Positions 59,051-64,000 of a DNA stretch of 64,000 nt are shown here, one piece after another (within the stretch, counting starts at the first letter, position 1; each line of letters starts with the position of its first letter). The stretch is from Rhodothermales bacterium. Lineage in GTDB: Bacteria; Bacteroidota; Rhodothermia; Rhodothermales; UBA10348. The notes beneath the pieces were generated by a model. The model worked only from the letters and a program-made list of their open reading frames with translations, was not told where the DNA came from and made no database searches. The stretch is from assembly GCA_029249345.1 (NCBI GenBank), contig JAQWHM010000002.1, positions 20,868 through 84,867 on the forward strand, written 5' to 3'. A program made the position numbers and the translations under genes.

Positions 59051-59076
59051 GGGCGGTTTTCGAAAGAAAACCGCCC
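59051..59076 (+). terminator. rho-independent terminator after tRNA-Leu (also faces the sulfatase 3' end)
   Basis: gggcggttttc-gaaa-gaaaaccgccc: an 11-bp stem followed by ttttta. Confidence 0.8.
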
Positions 59077-59110
59077 TTTTTATAGGGTGCAACTTTCGCT
59101 AGATGGCCTT

Positions 59111-60535
59111 CTATTTTCGCACATAGGAATCCACTACATCTTGGTCGTAGCGTTCCAATGTGCGGGCATGCCACGCTTGATTAATTTTCCAAATTGGATC
59201 ACGATGCGTTGACTCCCAATATTCAAATGATTGGGTAAGTCGATTAACGACTTCAGGGTGGAGTGAAGCGACATTAGTTGACTCCGAGATATCATTCGAC
59301 AAATCGAATAGCCACGTTTCCTGCGACGGCGTACGGACTAATTTCCAGTCTCCTGTTCGAACCGCGGCACCCCACTGCATCTTCCAGAATAACGTATCGT
59401 GCGGCGCAGTCATGTCGAGCCCTGTGAGGTGAGGAATTAGGTCTGCACCATCGTAGGACCGGTCTCCTGGCAAGGTGCCTCCTGCGGCTGAAAGGAAGGT
59501 GGGGACGATATCGAGAGTTGAAACGGGGTCTACAAATAGGGTGCCTTCTGGAATGACACCAGGCCAAGACATCAAGTAGGGGACCCGATTGCCGCCCTCA
59601 AGAGCTGTTCCCTTGGCTCCACGGAGCGGTGCGTTGAGAGAACCGTTATATGGCATAGCACCTCCATTGTCGTTTGCGAAGACCACAAGTGTGTTTTCTC
59701 TGAGGCCCAACTCATCAAGCGTCGCCAACACCTTACCAATATTGTCGTCCACGCTTCTCGTCATAGCCACGTTTTTGGCCCGAACTTGCGTCTCAAATCG
59801 ATTGAGTTCTTCGGCAAGGTAGTCTTTTTTGGCCTGCATGGGTGTATGAGGCGCTGTGAAGGAGAGGAATAGGAAAAAAGGCTCTTTTCGATGTCGGGCG
59901 ATGAAATCAACAGCTTGATCTCCAAACTCATCGGTTAGGTAAGTCAGCGAATCCGCTGGGACTGCCTCCATTCCCTGTTCTATGATGTTCACGTTACCTG
60001 AGAAATAAGGTCCACTTCCTTTTCGCATTCCAAAGAATTCGTCGAAGCCGCGATTGGTTGGATGAAAATGGTCTTCTAGACCGAGGTGCCATTTTCCAAC
60101 AAGTCCGGTAGCATAGCCTTCGTCTTTGAGCAGATCGGCAATAGTGCGTTCTGAAAGAGGAAGCCCTCGTGCTGAATCCGGTACCGATGGGTCAGGAACG
60201 CCGGGTAGATTCAGTTCATGCCCAAATCGTTGCTGATAGCGCCCCGTCAACATTCCTGCGCGCGAAGGAGAACAAACGGAAGCGGTAACGTAGCCGCTCG
60301 TAAACCGAGCACCTGACGAAGCGAGTGCATCTAAGTGGGGAGTCTTGTAATCTGCACTTCCTTGAAACCCGAAGTCAGCGTATCCGGCATCATCCGAGAA
60401 TAGAATGATGAGGTTTGGCGGCGGTGGTTCGGAAGTACATCCTGTGGCTAGAAAACAGCACACCAAGGGGATGATAAGCCTAGAGGCGAAACCGGGTACA
60501 AAGGCACTCTTGCCTTTAGTGTGTACCTTTTCCAT
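59111..60535 (-). CDS. formylglycine-dependent sulfatase (arylsulfatase family S1) lipoprotein
   Basis: NLIILFSDDAGYADFG and SVCSPSRAGMLTGRY (C-x-P-x-R FGly motif). Lipobox FLATGC. Start taken at Met7 (60535); Met1 at 60553 would make the T8 run coding. Confidence 0.9.
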   Translation of the reverse strand: MEKVHTKGKSAFVPGFASRLIIPLVCCFLATGCTSEPPPPNLIILFSDDAGYADFGFQGSADYKTPHLDALASSGARFTSGYVTASVCSPSRAGMLTGRYQQRFGHELNLPGVPDPSVPDSARGLPLSERTIADLLKDEGYATGLVGKWHLGLEDHFHPTNRGFDEFFGMRKGSGPYFSGNVNIIEQGMEAVPADSLTYLTDEFGDQAVDFIARHRKEPFFLFLSFTAPHTPMQAKKDYLAEELNRFETQVRAKNVAMTRSVDDNIGKVLATLDELGLRENTLVVFANDNGGAMPYNGSLNAPLRGAKGTALEGGNRVPYLMSWPGVIPEGTLFVDPVSTLDIVPTFLSAAGGTLPGDRSYDGADLIPHLTGLDMTAPHDTLFWKMQWGAAVRTGDWKLVRTPSQETWLFDLSNDISESTNVASLHPEVVNRLTQSFEYWESTHRDPIWKINQAWHARTLERYDQDVVDSYVRK

Positions 60536-60564
60536 TCGAAGTAAAAAAAACATGTTGTCCGGGT

Positions 60565-61371
60565 ATGAAATCTCTTAACGGCACCTATTCTTTAAGCGCA
60601 GAGCAGAAGCAGTTTTACAGGGAAAATGAGTTTATCAAGCTCAAGAATGTACTTTCCGCAGATGAAATCGCCTACTTCGAGACCGTAATTACCGATCAGG
60701 TTAGCAGATTGAGTCCAAATCTTGCCCCGTTGGAGGCTAGGGACACCTATGGTAAGGCATTTATTCAAATCACCAACATTTGGAAGAGGAATGAGGCTGT
60801 AAAGCAACTCGTATTTTCTACTCGCTTGGCCGGTATTGCCTCTACATTAATGCAAGTTGATGGTGTGAGACTTTATCATGATCAAGCGCTTTTCAAGGAA
60901 GCTGGCGGGGGATATACGCCCTGGCATGCCGACCAATACTATTGGCCCCTTGAGAGTCCTAAATGTATCACGGCTTGGATTCCCTTGCAGCAAACAAGTC
61001 TGGCGACGGGGGCGCTCGAGTTCAGCGCGGGAAGCCAGCACCTTTTATCGGCAAGGGGATTGGCCATCAGCGATGACAGCGAGGTTGCCATCGAGCAGAT
61101 GCTCACTGCTTCAGGCTGTGACCGTGTAATTGAGCCTTTTGATCTTGGAGAAGTAAGTTTCCACTCGGGATGGCTCTACCATCGAGCCGCTCCGAACACG
61201 ACAGAGCATACTCGAAAGGTCATGTGTGTGATCTACATGGATAAGGAAATGATCTTGAAGGCACCCTCGCATGCGGACCAACAACGGGACTGGGATACAT
61301 GGTGTCCGGGTGCCCGGGTTGGAGAGCCCATTGATACACCTCTCAATCCTATACTTTTCGAAACCAATTAA
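60565..61371 (+). CDS. phytanoyl-CoA dioxygenase (PhyH) family Fe(II)/2-oxoglutarate oxygenase
   Basis: YTPWHADQYYWPL (H-x-D), a later distal His (SFHSGWLYH) and an N-terminal FYRENEFIKL block. Confidence 0.8.
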   Translation: MKSLNGTYSLSAEQKQFYRENEFIKLKNVLSADEIAYFETVITDQVSRLSPNLAPLEARDTYGKAFIQITNIWKRNEAVKQLVFSTRLAGIASTLMQVDGVRLYHDQALFKEAGGGYTPWHADQYYWPLESPKCITAWIPLQQTSLATGALEFSAGSQHLLSARGLAISDDSEVAIEQMLTASGCDRVIEPFDLGEVSFHSGWLYHRAAPNTTEHTRKVMCVIYMDKEMILKAPSHADQQRDWDTWCPGARVGEPIDTPLNPILFETN

Positions 61372-61444
61372 CCGGAGCTGTCGGATCTTTTTGTCCCAGC
61401 AGGGTTGTATACCATCGATTTTACTTCATAATCCGATATTGAAC

Positions 61445-62005
61445 ATGTCTCACTATCATCGCTTCTGTACGTTTTTGGTTCTCCTGCTCATTGCGCCACC
61501 TGTTGTTGGACCTTCTGCCTTTGCACAGACCCTGACCCTGACCTCAAAGGCCGTGCAACACATTGATGCGTCTGGTGATGAATTTGTGTATTTCAATCTA
61601 AGTGACGCGCTAATCGTCACCCCAGAAGCCGCGGGATTTGGAGGTTGGGATATTGCTTTTCAAGGGACCAATATTAAAGTGAATGGTGCTTCTCAGTTAT
61701 TAGACCAATCCTACGAAGAGATGACCGTGGCACCGGAAGAAGGGTACACGCTGAATGAGGATGGTACGTCTGAACTCCCAAGCGGCAGCGACTCAGGGTG
61801 GTTCAGTTACGACTTTAATACGCACGTGATCTCGCCTGCAGCGAACAAAACCATTGTGTTGAAGACCCACGATGGCAAGTACTGCAAAATTGAGATCACG
61901 GACTATTACAAAGTCGTGTTTACTGAAAACGGTCCGGCTCCGACGCCTCGGTATTATTCCTTCCGGTTTACGTTGCAGGCGGACGGCTCAGGCGCATTCG
62001 AATAG
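61445..62005 (+). CDS. hypothetical secreted protein (HmuY-like beta-sandwich?)
   Basis: Start at the ATG at 61445 (signal peptide ...VVGPSAFAQT). The GGWDIAFQGTNIKVNG block resembles HmuY-like domains. Weak call. Confidence 0.35.
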   Translation: MSHYHRFCTFLVLLLIAPPVVGPSAFAQTLTLTSKAVQHIDASGDEFVYFNLSDALIVTPEAAGFGGWDIAFQGTNIKVNGASQLLDQSYEEMTVAPEEGYTLNEDGTSELPSGSDSGWFSYDFNTHVISPAANKTIVLKTHDGKYCKIEITDYYKVVFTENGPAPTPRYYSFRFTLQADGSGAFE

Positions 62006-62012
62006 GGGACCA

Positions 62013-63668
62013 TTATTGACCCATGATCTGCTGAATATCTGAGTCAATGTTGTTCATTTCCCAATTCATGAGTGAAACGGGAATCATTCCTGCTTTGTTG
62101 AATTCGTCCATGAAATCATACAGCGAGAACGCATCTCCTTTCTCTCGGGCGTACTCGGCAAAGAGGCGTTCAACCTCCAGTTTACCAATCACATAGCTGG
62201 TACCGTAAGCAGGTTGACGCAGGTAGAAGTGCTGTTCATGCTGAATCGTACTACCGTCCCACGGTAGGTAGCCACGTGGCGTCCACTTGTCGGCAAATTT
62301 TGTAGCCTCTTCTAGAGTCATGACACCGCCGTGTTGGTAAAGACCGCCTAATGCTCTCGCCGCTCGCTGAGCCAATAAAATCCAAACAAGCTCACGGGCT
62401 TGAGGGCGGTTGTCAAACAAACCAGCGTGCATCATCATTTCCTCGAAACCTGTTGCAAAGCCTTCGGCTCGACCGTCAAAAATGTTGTACCACAATGGGT
62501 TGGAGCGGATTGGGCTTGGGTGTGGTTCGAGTTCCATACGTGCCAAATCGATCCAGTGATAGTGATGAGTACGCATGACGAGTTCGTCTCGATAGCCTAC
62601 CTCGGAGAAGAATCCACGTAAGCCATCGGCCTTCGTAAACTGTCCGATGCGCTCCCGCATGGCGCCTTCCATGTAATCTTTGATTGGAAGGATTTCCTCT
62701 TCCTCTAGAAAGTCCATGTACTCATCTACGGCCGCGTTCAATTTGCGATCATACTCTTGCTTAGAGGAAATTCGTCTCAATGCCGGAAGTCTACGATTTC
62801 GGTTTTCTTCCAATCGCAGGGCGGTGTGAGCACGTGCCAGTTCACGTTTGAGAAGAAGCTCTTCTTCCTCCCAGGTTAGATTTATATAATGGATGTTTTT
62901 TAAAGCCCAGGTTAGGTTCTCTTTCCCTACACCGGAAGGACCGTTTTTGGAGTAGGCTTCCTGCTGCAGCCAGGTTGCGAACGAATCGCTGGCTTCGCGC
63001 GCTGCTTTGGCAGCGCGCGCAAGGGCCGGCCGATCGCCTTGGACGCGATCGACCCATGAGGCGAGCGCTTCCGATTGCTCTTGAATGCTGATAATGCCTT
63101 TCATCCAAAGATCTCTGGCATTGCCCGTGAGATTGATCCGAGCCTGTTCATAGAGCAACGGCATCATTTCGAGTCCGTGTTGGATGTGCGCTCCATCTTT
63201 GTCCGAAAGGGGATAATCGTAATAGGATACTTCCAGAGATCCTTCAATCATGGGACCTTCGCGCGAAGGAACGTCCGTTGGGTTTGGGTAAAAATAGACG
63301 TAGTAGGCTGGATCACGCTCCCACGGTTTCAGAACGCGGTGGTCAAAATCGAGTCCATTCATTTCGGCCCTAATGAGATGCCAATCCACTTTGTGCTCGG
63401 TCGTCCAGTCATTGAGTGGGAAAGCATTCAGCTTCTTCTGCCAGTTTTTGAGTTCTTTGTATTGGCTTTTCATCGCTTCAACAGAGAAGTCAGGTACACC
63501 ATTGACTCGAACAGGCGCTCTGAACTCACGCCAGTCATCAAAAAATTGCACTAATTCGCTAAAGGAATCCGTTTCTTGGGTATTCGATGTAAACGAAAGG
63601 GCGCTACATCCAGCCTGGAAAAACAGACTGAATAGCAGCAGCGTTATGATGGGGAGAGTACGTTTCAT
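62013..63668 (-). CDS. DUF885 family lipoprotein
   Basis: Start at the Met at 63668 (lipobox FFQAGC). C-terminal blocks EGFATGFEEMMM, RAARALGGLYQHGG..TLEEA, YLRQPAYGTSYVIGK and FSLYDFMDEFNKAGMIPVSL follow the DUF885 pattern. Confidence 0.6.
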   Translation of the reverse strand: MKRTLPIITLLLFSLFFQAGCSALSFTSNTQETDSFSELVQFFDDWREFRAPVRVNGVPDFSVEAMKSQYKELKNWQKKLNAFPLNDWTTEHKVDWHLIRAEMNGLDFDHRVLKPWERDPAYYVYFYPNPTDVPSREGPMIEGSLEVSYYDYPLSDKDGAHIQHGLEMMPLLYEQARINLTGNARDLWMKGIISIQEQSEALASWVDRVQGDRPALARAAKAAREASDSFATWLQQEAYSKNGPSGVGKENLTWALKNIHYINLTWEEEELLLKRELARAHTALRLEENRNRRLPALRRISSKQEYDRKLNAAVDEYMDFLEEEEILPIKDYMEGAMRERIGQFTKADGLRGFFSEVGYRDELVMRTHHYHWIDLARMELEPHPSPIRSNPLWYNIFDGRAEGFATGFEEMMMHAGLFDNRPQARELVWILLAQRAARALGGLYQHGGVMTLEEATKFADKWTPRGYLPWDGSTIQHEQHFYLRQPAYGTSYVIGKLEVERLFAEYAREKGDAFSLYDFMDEFNKAGMIPVSLMNWEMNNIDSDIQQIMGQ

Positions 63669-63690
63669 GTTCGTTTTTGCAGATAGGTGG

Positions 63691-64000
63691 CTATGAGTTC
63701 GGATTGTCACCGTGTAAAGAATAGATACGAAGTTTATAGGCCATTTCAAGGGCGCGTTTAATGCGCGTTTCAGCCCGCTTTGCCTCGCTCACAAAGATAC
63801 ATATAGAGCGTTGCTTGCCTGGGGTCATTCCGTAAAATCGTTCACCAGCTTCGTGGTCTTGATTCAGCGCTTCTTTGAGCTCTTCTGGAATCTCAATAAC
63901 ATTTGGATGCGGATCAGATTTCAAGCTGATAATGACGACATCCTCTGGACGAGCACCTAGTCGTTTTAATACCTGAAGTCCGAAAATCAAATAGTATTCC
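63691..64000 (-). CDS. YdeI/OmpD-associated (DUF1905-containing) family protein, 5' end outside window
   Basis: The frame is open to the window edge. ...LGARPEDVVIISL.. followed by IPEELKEALNQD..A...F....PG.QR..I.FVSEAKRAETR..R, a typical YdeI C-terminus. Confidence 0.6.
   Translation of the reverse strand, partial: EYYLIFGLQVLKRLGARPEDVVIISLKSDPHPNVIEIPEELKEALNQDHEAGERFYGMTPGKQRSICIFVSEAKRAETRIKRALEMAYKLRIYSLHGDNPNS

Noticed and set aside
58793-59092. N-terminal 100-aa extension of the 838-aa ORF (56576..59092, minus strand).
   Set aside because: The extension runs antisense through tRNA-Leu (58962-59048) and its terminator, and its sequence does not look like protein. A Met at 58792 followed by a canonical signal peptide (MKQGSLLVIALLCLFSGTAFAQ) is the credible start.

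Overview
This 64-kb window looks like ordinary chromosome from an FCB-group bacterium (Bacteroidota/Balneolota/Rhodothermota-like, probably marine). The lineage guess rests on a T9SS C-terminal sorting domain, two DUF1080 paralogs, a CBM9/DUF5916-type outer-membrane protein, a formylglycine-type sulfatase, a TonB-dependent receptor and many lipobox lipoproteins.

I count about 60 protein genes, two tRNAs (Asn-GTT on the minus strand, Leu-CAG on the plus strand) and several clean hairpin terminators between convergent genes. Most of the content is stress and accessory metabolism:
- KatG, an FeS-cluster (6-4)-photolyase-type protein and an alpha-carbonic anhydrase
- a voltage-gated K+ channel, MFS and SSF transporters
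- three GNATs, VOC, GyrI-like, SGNH and alpha/beta hydrolases
- a beta-glucan locus without SusC/SusD (GH5-CBM6-T9SS, GH3, SGLT-type symporter) that contains an aryl-sulfotransferase

I found no transposase, integrase, phage gene, CRISPR array, rRNA or recognisable defence/toxin module, so I cannot name a clear novel system.

The candidates most worth a second look are:
1. A tightly coupled Tat-signal class-V PLP enzyme + MOSC + small membrane protein, which resembles a split Moco sulfurase.
2. A cytidylyltransferase-fold/minimal GHMP-kinase fusion upstream of the glycan locus.
3. Two divergent paralogs of an uncharacterised 2-TM protein family flanking a 5-kb accessory segment.
4. A PadR-coupled duplicated FtsX permease with no ATPase gene nearby.
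5. A Kv-type channel with a C-terminal zinc ribbon.
6. Apparent single-nucleotide frame disruptions in the alpha-CA and the acyl-CoA dehydrogenase, and possibly at a T6 run in a membrane protein. These mean either real gene decay or assembly indels.

All functional calls come from reading motifs by eye. No database search or computation was run.
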